Part shown: piece after piece, positions 21,545 to 32,838 of the stretch
Numbering within the stretch: the stretch's first letter is position 1
Layout: each line of letters begins with the position of its first letter
From: an uncultured delta proteobacterium
GTDB taxonomy: Bacteria; Myxococcota; Kuafuiibacteriia; Kuafuiibacteriales; Kuafuiibacteriaceae
Direction: 5' to 3'
Assembly: GCA_963803435.1 (NCBI GenBank)
Contig: CAWDML010000004.1
Location: 192,001-256,000 of the forward strand
Length of the DNA: 64,000 nt
Notes under the pieces: model-generated
What the model was told of the DNA's origin: nothing
The model's database searches: none
What the model saw: only the letters and a program-made list of their open reading frames with translations
Translations under genes and position numbers: made by a program

Positions 21545-22944
21545 TGCGCCGAACCTCGATCCTCTGCGCGGCGCTGATCGCGTCGTGCGCCACGCCGACC
21601 AGCCAGGAGACCCCGCCGGTACCGACGGGCACCGCCACGCCGCCGGTCGCGAAGGACGACCAGGCGGCGGACAAGGAAGCGCCCGGGGACCAGCCCGCCC
21701 CCGGCGCCGACGCTACCGACGCGGCGGCGGCGGCCATGCTCCCGCAGCACGAGCCGAGCCCCAGCGCCAAGAAGGAGCTGATGGTCGGGCTCAAGCTGTC
21801 GGGCTCGAACCCGCAGGGCGCGCTCGACAAGTTCCTGGCGGCGGTGAACGCCGATCCGAAGTTCGCGGCGGCCCACTACAACGCGGGGGTGATGTACGAG
21901 CGAATGGGGCAGTACAAGAGCGCCGAGAGCGCGTATCGCGCCGCGATCAAGGCGAGCCCCCAATACTTGGCCGCGGTGGAGAACCTGGCGAACCTGGCGG
22001 TGCGCGAGGGCAAGCCGTCAGAGGCGGAGCAGACGCTCCTCCAGTCGATCCGCGACAACCCGGGCGATCTCGGGCTCCGCAACCGGCTGACGTCGGTGTG
22101 GCTCGCCAGCGGCAAGGTCGACCAGGCGGAGAAGGAGTCGAAGAAGATCCTCAAGTCGGACGAGCGCAACGTGGGCGCGTTGCTGAACCTCGGGGCGGTC
22201 TACTACCGGCGCGGGCAGTTCGAGCTCGCCACGACCGTGCTGAGCCGCGCGCAGGAGATCGACTCCGGGGAGGCGAAGGTCTGGAGCAACCTGGGCTTCG
22301 TCTACCTCGCGCAGGACAAGCGTTCGGAGGCGGTGGAGGCGTTCAAGCGCGCCACCGAGCTCCGCGACGATCTGCCCGAGGCGCTCAACAACCTGGGCGC
22401 CCTGTTCGTGGAGACCCACGACTACGAGGCGGCCATCGATTCGCTCCGGCGGGCCATCGCCCTGTTTCCCGACTTCGTGAATGCGTACGTGAACCTCGGG
22501 AATGCCTACAAAGGGAACAAGCAGTACAAGGACGCCGAAGCCGCCTACAAGAAGGCCCAGAGCCTCGACCCCGACCAGCACGCCATACTTTACAACCTGG
22601 GCGTGCTGCACCTCGACAACCAGCTCGACTCGGTCGACCGGCTCGAGCGGTGGAACGTTGCCAGGAAGTACCTGGAAGACTACCTCGCCAAGGAGAAGGA
22701 CGTTCCCGTGGAGGAGAAGCGGCGCGTGCAGGCCTACATCACCGAGGCGGATTGGGGCCTCAAGCACGAGCAGCAGAAGATCAAGGCCGAGGAGCGCCAG
22801 AAGCTGCGGGAGGCCAAGCGGAAGGCGGTCGAGGCAGAGAAGGCCAAGGCGGCCGAGGGCGGCGGCGACGCCCCGGGCGGCGCCAAGCAAGGTGACAAGA
22901 AGGACGCTGCGAAGGACGAAGCCCCTCCGGGCGGAAAGAAGTGA
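21541..22944 (+). CDS. TPR lipoprotein, GltE/AglT-like
   Basis: Lipobox LIASC, tandem TPRs, position between gltD-like and gltF-like genes. Confidence 0.78.
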   Translation: MMRRTSILCAALIASCATPTSQETPPVPTGTATPPVAKDDQAADKEAPGDQPAPGADATDAAAAAMLPQHEPSPSAKKELMVGLKLSGSNPQGALDKFLAAVNADPKFAAAHYNAGVMYERMGQYKSAESAYRAAIKASPQYLAAVENLANLAVREGKPSEAEQTLLQSIRDNPGDLGLRNRLTSVWLASGKVDQAEKESKKILKSDERNVGALLNLGAVYYRRGQFELATTVLSRAQEIDSGEAKVWSNLGFVYLAQDKRSEAVEAFKRATELRDDLPEALNNLGALFVETHDYEAAIDSLRRAIALFPDFVNAYVNLGNAYKGNKQYKDAEAAYKKAQSLDPDQHAILYNLGVLHLDNQLDSVDRLERWNVARKYLEDYLAKEKDVPVEEKRRVQAYITEADWGLKHEQQKIKAEERQKLREAKRKAVEAEKAKAAEGGGDAPGGAKQGDKKDAAKDEAPPGGKK

Positions 22945-23202
22945 GTGAGCGTGATGATCCGACGAACGCTGACCATTGGACTTCTATTGATCGGGCTGGC
23001 CTCGATCGCGGTCACAGCCGAGGCGCAGGGCAAGAAGCCCCGGCGGGTCATCCGCATCCAGGAGACGCGGATCGAGGGGCGTATTCAGAAGCCCCAGGCT
23101 TTCTACATCCTCCAGCGATCGAACCTGAACTTCGAGGGGCTCGAGTTGAAAAACAGCTTCGTGCCGAAGATCATCAAGTCCGTCGACCAGGCGCCCTTCT
23201 GA
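22945..23202 (+). CDS. Small secreted protein, GltF/CglF-like
   Basis: 85 aa with signal peptide and IEGRIQKPQAFYIL...SFVPKIIKSV motif typical of this family. Confidence 0.78.
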   Translation: MSVMIRRTLTIGLLLIGLASIAVTAEAQGKKPRRVIRIQETRIEGRIQKPQAFYILQRSNLNFEGLELKNSFVPKIIKSVDQAPF

Positions 23203-23246
23203 AAGATGGGAACCCGATCGACGCCGCGAGTGACTGAAGAACTGAC

Positions 23247-24614
23247 ATGAGCGCATCCAACAAGAACGAGCCTGCCGGCCCGAAGGTCCTGAGGATCGGC
23301 ATCGTCCAGCGGGGCAAGATCATCGACGAGCGCGAGCTGAAGCGGCGGGAGACCGTCTCGATCGGCACGCACCAGAAGGCGATGTTTCAGGTCCAGTCGG
23401 ATGCGCTGCCCCGCAGCTTCGACCTCTTCGACTACGACGGGAAGAAGTACTACGTCCGCTTCACCGACAAGATGGACGGGCGCATCCAGCTCGAGGGGAC
23501 CAAGGTCCAGAACTTCCCGGAGCTCGAGGCGCAGGGGAAGGTGGTCCAGCGCAACGACTCCAAGGCGGTCGAGCTGTCGGACGAGAGCCGCGGCAAGGTG
23601 GTCATCGGCGACGTCACCGTCCTCTTCCAGTTCAAGGCCGCGCTCCCGGCGCCGGTGCGGCCGGTGCTCCCCGCCGACGTGCGGGGCTCGCTGCTCCAGA
23701 ACATCGACGCGCAGTTCACCGGCATCTTCGTCGCGGTGGCGGTGCTCCAGATCTCGATCGTCACCTACGCGCGCTCGCTCCCCTATGTGGAGCCCACGTC
23801 GATCGAGGAGATCGATCAGTCCTACCAGCGCATGATCATGCCGGATCGTCCGCCGGAGCCTCCGAAGGACGCGATCGCCGAGGATGGCGCGGGCAAGGAG
23901 GAGGAGAAGAAGGACGACGAGCCCAAGAAGGCCTCCAAGGCCAAGAAGGGCGACGGCAACAAGCGCAAGGTCGACGAGGAAGCGGCGGCGCGCGCCCGCA
24001 AGGAGGCGATCCGCAAGCAAGTGGCCGGCAAGGGCCTCCTCAAGGTGCTCGGCGCCAAGGGCAGCGGCCGCGACGGCGGTGCGCTCAACGACGTCTTCAA
24101 CGACGGCGGCGAGGTCGGGAACCTGGGCGACGCGTTCTCAGGGATCCAGGGCGTCGACATCGCCAGCGGCGGTGGCGAGGCGGGGACCCGCGGCGGCGGC
24201 TCCGGCGAGGGCGTCGGGATCGGCGCGCTCGGTACCGAGGGCGGCGGCAGCTTCAAGACCGGCGAGAAGACCGAGGTCGCGGTCAAGGGACAGGCCCAAG
24301 CCCAGGCCCCCGAGGTGGACGGCGAGCTCTCCCAGGCCGAGATCTCCCGGGTCATGCGGCGCCAGCTCAACGCGCTCCGCGACTGCTACGAGCGGGCGCT
24401 CAAGCGAAATCGCAAGCTGGCCGGCAAGCTGATCATCCGCTTCGAGATCCTCGAGAGCGGGCGAACCTCCAACATCGAGTTCGAGGACACCAGCCTCAAC
24501 AGCCCCGATGTACGGGAGTGTATCGAGAAGCGCGCCAAGTACTGGCGGTTCCCACGTCCCGAGGGCGGCAGCGTCTTCGTGGCCTATCCGATCGTCTTCA
24601 CCCCCGCCGGTTAG
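23247..24614 (+). CDS. Inner-membrane protein with AgmX/PglI (TonB_C-like) C-terminal domain, GltG-like
   Basis: Cytoplasmic beta-rich N-terminus, one TM helix, charged/Gly-rich linker, LRDCYERALKRNRKLAGKLIIRFEI...WRFPRP..VAYPIVF. Confidence 0.85.
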   Translation: MSASNKNEPAGPKVLRIGIVQRGKIIDERELKRRETVSIGTHQKAMFQVQSDALPRSFDLFDYDGKKYYVRFTDKMDGRIQLEGTKVQNFPELEAQGKVVQRNDSKAVELSDESRGKVVIGDVTVLFQFKAALPAPVRPVLPADVRGSLLQNIDAQFTGIFVAVAVLQISIVTYARSLPYVEPTSIEEIDQSYQRMIMPDRPPEPPKDAIAEDGAGKEEEKKDDEPKKASKAKKGDGNKRKVDEEAAARARKEAIRKQVAGKGLLKVLGAKGSGRDGGALNDVFNDGGEVGNLGDAFSGIQGVDIASGGGEAGTRGGGSGEGVGIGALGTEGGGSFKTGEKTEVAVKGQAQAQAPEVDGELSQAEISRVMRRQLNALRDCYERALKRNRKLAGKLIIRFEILESGRTSNIEFEDTSLNSPDVRECIEKRAKYWRFPRPEGGSVFVAYPIVFTPAG

Positions 24615-24669
24615 CAACAGTTGCGGGAGGGCCCAGGGGACGTGGCGTGTTAGAAAAGCCACTGCGCGC

Positions 24670-25413
24670 ATGCGGTGGAATCGCCGAGAGCTTCTGAAGG
24701 GCAGCCTCCTGTTGGCCGCCGGCGCGCCGCTCCTCGCGGGGGCGGGGCCCTCGGACCTCAGGATCGGCCAGATCAAGACCGGCGGGAACTGGGATCCCCG
24801 GCCCAACGCCCTACGCCGCGTGCTCTGGGAGGTCTCGCAGCGGACCAGCATCGAGGTCGACCTGGAGACGGTGCCGCTCGAGCCCCACGACCCGAACATC
24901 TTCCGCTTCCCACTGCTCTACTGGGGCGGCTCCGGAGGCTTCCCGCCGATCTCGGAGGACGCGGTTCGTCTGCTCCGGCGCCACCTCACTTACGGCGGGA
25001 TGCTGATCGCCGACAGCGCCGACGCGGATCCAGGCGGCGCGTTCGACACCTCCATGCGCCGGGAGCTGGGCCGTGTCTTCCCTCGGGTCGAGCTGACGCG
25101 GATCCCGAACGAGCACGTGATCTACAAGTCCTTCTATCTGGTCGACCACCAGGCCGGTCGAATCCTCCGCGCGCCGTACCTCGAGGGCGTGCTGCTGGAG
25201 AAGCGCTACGCGGTGGCGTACTGCCAGAACGATCTCGCCGGCGCCTGGTCGCGCGACAGCTTCGGCCGCTGGGAGTACGAGGTCACGCCGGGCGGCGAGA
25301 CCCAGCGAGAGATGGCGTTCAGGCTCGGTATCAACCTGGTGATGTACGCGCTCTGCCTCGACTACAAGGACGATCTGGTGCACGCGCCCTTCATCCTGAA
25401 GCGGCGGAACTGA
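24670..25413 (+). CDS. DUF4159 family protein with Tat signal
   Basis: NRRELLK twin-arginine signal; LRRHLTYGGMLIAD, HVIYKSFYL, NDLAGAW, AFRLGINLVMYALCLDYKDD. Confidence 0.85.
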   Translation: MRWNRRELLKGSLLLAAGAPLLAGAGPSDLRIGQIKTGGNWDPRPNALRRVLWEVSQRTSIEVDLETVPLEPHDPNIFRFPLLYWGGSGGFPPISEDAVRLLRRHLTYGGMLIADSADADPGGAFDTSMRRELGRVFPRVELTRIPNEHVIYKSFYLVDHQAGRILRAPYLEGVLLEKRYAVAYCQNDLAGAWSRDSFGRWEYEVTPGGETQREMAFRLGINLVMYALCLDYKDDLVHAPFILKRRN

Positions 25414-25423
25414 GGAGCGGAGC

Positions 25424-27709
25424 GTGTCGGATCTGCTCACGCTGATCATCAAGCTCCTCGCGCCCGACGCCGGCGTGGGCGCTTACAACGACTGGACGCT
25501 GGTCTCCAACGGGACGCTCTCCACTTCGGTGCTCTTCGCGATCTCGGCGATCCTGCTGGTGGCGGTGATGATCGGCTCGGTCGGTCTCATGCGGCTGCCC
25601 TGGCGCCGGCGGCTGCCGCTCATGTTGCTGCGTCTGCTGGCGGCGGTGTGGGTGCTCGCGCTGGTCGCGAAGCCGGCGATCGAGCTGCGCGCGGTCTCGC
25701 GGGTCCGCACGCGGGTGGCGCTGTTGGCGGACGCGTCCCGGTCGATGTCGATCGCGACGCCCCACGGAACCCGCGCCGAGGCGGTGACCGACCACCTGGA
25801 GCGGAACCGGGCCAAGCTGGAGGCGCTCTCCGAGCGCGCCGTGATCGAGCCGATGCTGTTCGGCGAGCGCGTCCACCCGCTCGAGAAGATGCCGGATCCG
25901 ATCCCGACGGAGGAGGGCCACACGGACCTCCTGCGGGCGCTCAACGAGGTCTCCTGGCAGTCCTCGGGGCGGGAGCTGGGCGCGGTCATCCTCTACTCGG
26001 ACGGCACCGACACCGAGGGGCTGACGGTCGAGGCGGCCCGGCGTAAGGCCGCCAAGCTGGGCGCCCCCATCTATGCGGTCGGCTTCTCTCGAGAGGCCTC
26101 CGCGCCCGATCTCGCGGTGCGCCGGTTGATCGCCGACGACTTCGCGTTCGTCCACAACACGGTCACGCTCGACGCCGAGCTGGAGCAGCGAGGCCTCGAC
26201 GTCGGCAGCGTCATGGTGACGCTCAAGAAGGACGGCACGGTCCTCCAGACCAAGGAGGCGAAGTTCGAGGACGGGCGCGCCCGCGTCTCATTCGAGTTCA
26301 AGCCGCGAAAGATCGGCAAGCAGGTCTACCAGGTGAGTGTCCCCGTCCAGTCGGGCGAGGTGGTCGAGACCAACAACGCGAAGAGCCTGGTGCTCAAGGT
26401 GATCCGCGATCGGATCCGCGTGCTCCAGGTGGCCGGCCGGCCCTCCTGGGACGAGCGCTACCTGCGCGAGTTTCTCAAGCGCAACCCGAACGTCGATCTG
26501 ATCTCGTTCTTCATCCTTCGCTCCACCACCGATCTCCAGAAGGCCCGCAACGAGGAGCTGGCGCTGATCCCCTTCCCGGTGAACGATCTGTTCACGACCG
26601 AGCTGAGCAGTTTCGACGTCGTGATCTATCAGAACTTCAGCTACCGGCCCTACCGGATGGCGCACTACCTCCGGAACGTGCGCGACTACGTGATGAAGGG
26701 CGGGAGCTTCCTCATGATCGGCGGCGATGCCTCGTTCGAGGACGGCTGGTACGCGAGCACGCCGATCAGCGAGATCCTGCCGGTTCAGCTCGGCGGCGCG
26801 ATGGCCTGGGACGGCGCCGACTACCGCCCCCGCCTCACCAAGGAGGGCCGCCGTCATCCGATCACGCGCATCGGTGAGCCCGGCGAGCCGCCCGAGGCCC
26901 CGTTCGGCCGCCTCCCACCCCTGGCTGGCTTCAACTCGTCGCTCGGCCTGGCGCCGAACGCGCAGGCGCTCCTGGTGCACCCGAGCTTGCCGGGCAACCC
27001 GCCGGTGGTCTCGATCCGTGAGGCGGGCGCAGGCCGAAGCATGGCGGTCGCCACCGACAGCCTCTGGTTCTGGCGGTTCCCGGCCGTCGCCAGCGGCGGC
27101 GCCGGGCGCGAGTTCGATCGCTTCTGGAGCAACGCACTCCGCTGGCTCATCCGCGACCCCGAGCTCGCCCGCGTCCGCCTGCGGTCCGAGCACTCCGTCG
27201 TCCTCCTCGGTGACCCGGTCGGCGCCGAGGTCACCGTCCTCGGGCCCGATTACCGCGGCCTCCCGGGCGCCACGGTCGACGCCAATCTCTTCGAGGTCGG
27301 TAGCCGCCGCAGCGTCGCGAGCAAGGAGATCATCACCGGCGCCGAGGGCACGGCGGTGGTGGTCTTCGACGGCATCCCCGCCGGAACGTACGAGGTCCGC
27401 GTCCGCGCGCAGGCGGCCGGCGAGAAGATCGGTCGGGCCAAGGAGCCGGTGATCGTCGAGGCCTCCGACGTGGAGCTCCAGGTGACGTTCCCCCAGCCCG
27501 AGATCATGGCGGCCCTCGCCGAGGCCTCGGGCGGGCAGTACATCGACATCGGTGACCCGCTCCCGGACATCGAGATCAAGGACGCTCGCCGCGTAGAGGT
27601 CGATCGCACCCGCAGGATCCCGATCTGGGACTCGTTCGCCGCCTTCGGGGGGCTCTTGATCCTGGCCGCCATCGAGTGGTGGTTGCGGCGGCGCTCCGGC
27701 CTGCTATGA
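25424..27709 (+). CDS. Membrane protein with vWA-like and GATase1-like (glutamine amidotransferase) domains
   Basis: N-terminal TMs, LADASRSM, SDG motif, VLQVAGRPSWDERYL, NPNVDLISFFILR, GGSFLMIGG, C-terminal EWWLRRRSGL. Confidence 0.8.
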   Translation: MSDLLTLIIKLLAPDAGVGAYNDWTLVSNGTLSTSVLFAISAILLVAVMIGSVGLMRLPWRRRLPLMLLRLLAAVWVLALVAKPAIELRAVSRVRTRVALLADASRSMSIATPHGTRAEAVTDHLERNRAKLEALSERAVIEPMLFGERVHPLEKMPDPIPTEEGHTDLLRALNEVSWQSSGRELGAVILYSDGTDTEGLTVEAARRKAAKLGAPIYAVGFSREASAPDLAVRRLIADDFAFVHNTVTLDAELEQRGLDVGSVMVTLKKDGTVLQTKEAKFEDGRARVSFEFKPRKIGKQVYQVSVPVQSGEVVETNNAKSLVLKVIRDRIRVLQVAGRPSWDERYLREFLKRNPNVDLISFFILRSTTDLQKARNEELALIPFPVNDLFTTELSSFDVVIYQNFSYRPYRMAHYLRNVRDYVMKGGSFLMIGGDASFEDGWYASTPISEILPVQLGGAMAWDGADYRPRLTKEGRRHPITRIGEPGEPPEAPFGRLPPLAGFNSSLGLAPNAQALLVHPSLPGNPPVVSIREAGAGRSMAVATDSLWFWRFPAVASGGAGREFDRFWSNALRWLIRDPELARVRLRSEHSVVLLGDPVGAEVTVLGPDYRGLPGATVDANLFEVGSRRSVASKEIITGAEGTAVVVFDGIPAGTYEVRVRAQAAGEKIGRAKEPVIVEASDVELQVTFPQPEIMAALAEASGGQYIDIGDPLPDIEIKDARRVEVDRTRRIPIWDSFAAFGGLLILAAIEWWLRRRSGLL

Positions 27710-27740
27710 CAGCGGCACGCCGGGTGCATCGATCGTCGGC

Positions 27741-28031
27741 ATGGCAACGAAGAAGAAGACGACGCGCAAGAAGTGGGTGCAGAACGTTCAGCAGAGCTCG
27801 AACGCGATGGACCTGGAGCAGGGCATTTTCAAGGGGAGCCCCGAGGAGATCGCAGCCTCGCTCAAGCGATCGGTCATGAAGAGCAAGCGCACGAAAGGGA
27901 CGAAGTTCCAGTCGGCGATGTCGATGTTGAACCTCCACATCAATCGCAGCGGCAAGAACCTCTCCGCGACCGACCGGCGGCGACTGGAGAAGGCCAAGCA
28001 CGAGCTGCGCGTGGTCTTCGGCAAGGAGTGA
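27741..28031 (+). CDS. DUF3175 family small basic protein
   Basis: KWVQNV..SNAMDLEQGIF, IAASLKRS, FQSAMSMLNLHINRSGKNL. Confidence 0.8.
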   Translation: MATKKKTTRKKWVQNVQQSSNAMDLEQGIFKGSPEEIAASLKRSVMKSKRTKGTKFQSAMSMLNLHINRSGKNLSATDRRRLEKAKHELRVVFGKE

Positions 28032-28820
28032 TCACGGCTCCGACGACTGGTTGAACTTCGCCGCCATCGAGCGGACCCAGGCCCGAGGCGTGAATCGGAC
28101 GCCGGCGACGCCGATGCGGTTGGCGGCGCCGTGAACGACCAGCACCTGACCGCGCATCATCGCGCGATAGGCGTGCGTGGCTACGTCGGCGGCCGAGGCG
28201 ACCCCGCTGCGCTGGAAGAGGCGTGTCTTGTCGTTGCCCGCCCGCGCAGCGAACTCGGTCGCGGTGGCGCCGGGGCAGTGACACGTCACCGATACGCCCG
28301 TTCCGCGCAGCTCGTGGGCGAGTGCCTCGCTGAACGAGATTACGAAGCTCTTGGTGGCGTAGTACGTGGCCATGTACGGCCCGGGCTGGAAGCCGGCCGT
28401 CGAGGCGATGTGGAGGATCCGGCCGCGTTTGCGCTCGACCATCGGTCGCGCGAACAGGTGGGTCAGCGCGACCAGCGAGGTGACGTTGACGTTGATCATG
28501 TCGATCTCGCGATCGAGCTCGAGGTCGAGGAACGCGCCGTTGGAGCCGAAGCCGGCGTTGAGGATGAGGAAGTCGACCGCCAGACGCTTGGCGGAGCACG
28601 CCTCGAAGACCGCCGCCGGCGCTTCGGATCGGCTGAGATCGGCGGGCACTACGTGCGCCGTGATCCCGTGACTTTTGGCCAGTCGCTCGGCCACCGCCTC
28701 GAGCTTCGACTCCTGTCTCGCCACCAGGACGACGTCGTGCCCGTCCTTCGCGAGGAGCTCTGCAAGCTGCTCACCGAGGCCCGAGGAGGCGCCGGTGACC
28801 AGTCCAATCCGCTTCTCCAT
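28032..28820 (-). CDS. SDR family oxidoreductase
   Basis: TGASSGLG, LNAGFG, YYATK (YxxxK). Confidence 0.92.
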   Translation of the reverse strand: MEKRIGLVTGASSGLGEQLAELLAKDGHDVVLVARQESKLEAVAERLAKSHGITAHVVPADLSRSEAPAAVFEACSAKRLAVDFLILNAGFGSNGAFLDLELDREIDMINVNVTSLVALTHLFARPMVERKRGRILHIASTAGFQPGPYMATYYATKSFVISFSEALAHELRGTGVSVTCHCPGATATEFAARAGNDKTRLFQRSGVASAADVATHAYRAMMRGQVLVVHGAANRIGVAGVRFTPRAWVRSMAAKFNQSSEP

Positions 28821-28886
28821 CGGCCGACACTTCCCGCCGAGCGACCTCGAGTCAACCGGGAGGCGTCTCCCCGAGTGGCCGTTCGA

Positions 28887-29228
28887 TCAGTCGCAGGACG
28901 GACACTCCCAAGCGCTGCAGGTGGTGTCGCCGGTGCCGCACTGGGCCCCTCCGGGCGGCGGGAGAAAGCCGCTGATGTAACGGTCGGTGACGCAGGTCCG
29001 CTCGCACCTCACCGTGACGGGCGAGTCGTCGAGGGGCCCGGTCTGGAAGCCGCAGAACTTGGTCTGGACCTCGTGGACCACCAGGTCGGCGCAGATCGGT
29101 TGGGCCGTGATCGCGGACGTATCCGTCACGCCTTCGTCGACCTCGCCTTCGTCCATTCCACCGCACCCGACGGCTGTCGCGCCGAGCAACCCGAGCACCA
29201 GCAGAGAGCGAAGCAAGAGTGATTTCAT
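28887..29228 (-). CDS. Small Cys-rich lipoprotein (113 aa)
   Basis: GGAGG RBS before the ATG, lipobox AVGC, eight further Cys. Confidence 0.75.
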   Translation of the reverse strand: MKSLLLRSLLVLGLLGATAVGCGGMDEGEVDEGVTDTSAITAQPICADLVVHEVQTKFCGFQTGPLDDSPVTVRCERTCVTDRYISGFLPPPGGAQCGTGDTTCSAWECPSCD

Positions 29229-29313
29229 GTAGACCTCCTCGCCCTTCCAGAGGGCTGACGAGGGATATGGAGAGGCGCTCGATGATCTGACATCTCTGTT
29301 CTATCGTGGCGGG

Positions 29314-30830
29314 GTGAGCGCGAGCTTGCGGCTGCCCCTCGCCCTGGGCGGCGACCTCGACGACGCGAGGCGGACGCGCACGAAGGCGGCGCTCCGGTTC
29401 GGGCTGGGGCTCACGGAAGACGAGGTCGAGCGGCTCCTCGCGCTCGGTACCTTCGAGCTCGAGCTGCGGCCGATGGCCGATCTTCAGCGACAGCGCTTGC
29501 TCGCCGGCCTCGAAGGGATGGTCTGGCTGGCGGCGGCTCCGATCAACCACGAGGCATGCCCCAAGCACTCGCGCCTCTCCACCCACGAGATCTGTCCGCG
29601 CTGCGGCGGCCGGACCTGCGGCGCGTGCCGCCACCTGACGAAGCGCGGGTCTGTCCGGACTGCACGAGACGGTTGAATCGCAGCAGGACCTTCCGGAACG
29701 CACGGATCACCGTGCTGATGCTGGTGCTCCTGACGGTGATCCTGACGACCTGGCGGAGCCGCCGCGCGATCACGAGCTGGGAGCAGCCGGTGCTGGTGGT
29801 GCTCCATCCCTTTGCGGTGGACTCCGATCCCGAGACGGCGGCCTACGTGGCCGGGCTGGACGCGCGCCGGTTCGAGCCGGCCGCGCGGTTTCTCCGTGAG
29901 CAGGCCGCGCGCTACGGGATCGAGCGCGATCCGCTGGTCCAGATCGAGCTGGGGCCGGCGCACCAGGAGGCGCCGCCGCTCCCGGCGAGCGAACCGTCGC
30001 TCCTCGACGCCGTCCTCTTCAGCTTGAGGCTTCGCTGGTGGTCCCATCGCTTCGAGTCCGACGCCGAGCTGCCTCCCGCGAACGTCCGCCTGTACGTGCT
30101 GTACCACCGCCCCGAGCCGGGCGCGGTCCTCGAGCACTCGATCGGGCTCGAGCAGGGGCACGTTGGGATCGTCCACGCCTTCGCGGGGGAGCCGCTCGAG
30201 CCGCACAACGACGTCGTGATCGTCCACGAGCTCCTCCACACCGCCGGAGCCACCGATAAGAGCCGGTCCGAAAACCTCCGGACCGCTCGGCGTTTCCTGT
30301 TTCGCTCGTTCTGCTCATTCGCTATTCAAAGCGGCCGTTGTTGCATCGTGCTCGATCGAGTGTTCTGCGAGTGGAAACGCATTGAGCCGTTACTCCCGAA
30401 GCGAGGTCCAAGGCCGCGGGGAGGTCGCCCGCGGGTTGCGGATCGCGTCGTGATGGCAGGTATCGTCTATCGCCTTCGGACAGGGTGCCAGTGGAAGGCC
30501 CTGCCGCGCGAGTTCAGCTCCGGTTCGACGTGCCACAGTCGATTCGCGGCATGGTGCGCAGCAGGGATCTTCACCGCGATCTTCGCTGAGCTGCTGCGGT
30601 ACTACGACAGGAGGCGCGGCATACAGTGGAAGTGGACTTCACTCGACAGCGCGATCGTCAAGGCTCCGGACGGATACGCCGATCCGCAGCGAACCCCGGC
30701 GCGTCCCCAGGCGCAGGCCGAGATCATGGCGGGCATGATCCCGATCGACGACGACGAGATGGTCCTGGCTCGGGATCTCGGCGAATGCGTGGTCGGTGCA
30801 AAGACCGCGGAGGAGATCGGCTGGAGGTGA
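29314..30830 (+). CDS. Zn-finger + TM + zincin (HELLH) protein interrupted in frame by an IS5 remnant; one frameshift at ~29648
   Basis: CPKH..CPRC..CGAC..CPDC, TM helix, VIVHELLHTAGATDK ... PDGYADP..AEIMAG..EIGW. Adding one G to the GGG run joins ORFs 29314 and 29556. Functional status uncertain. Confidence 0.7.
30260..30668 (+). mobile_element. Truncated IS5-family element (left end + N-terminal transposase)
   Basis: EWKRIEPLLP..GGRPR..GIVYRLRTGCQWKALP..STCHSRF..W..SLDSAIVKAP (DUF4096 plus first DDE Asp). Begins TAA|GAGCCGGTCCGAAAA, is locally lower in GC, and no right inverted repeat is seen. Confidence 0.88.
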
Positions 30831-30969
30831 GGATCGGGAGCGAACGACGGATCTTTCGCTCGAAAAGGGTCTGAACACCGCGTTTTCCTCGATCTTCGAA
30901 GGATCCGTCCACCCGTGACGATCGGCAGGAGTTGACGAAGCCGGGCCTCTCGGCGAAGACCGCCAGATC

Positions 30970-32802
<1,833 letters not shown>

Positions 32803-32838
32803 CTTGACCCTTCCCGATTGCTGCTGCACGTCGCGTTC

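Noticed and set aside
30838-30861. Hairpin GAGCGAA...TTCGCTC after the zincin gene
   Set aside because: 7-bp stem, no U-tract, and it does not match the IS left end; cannot call a terminator or right inverted repeat.
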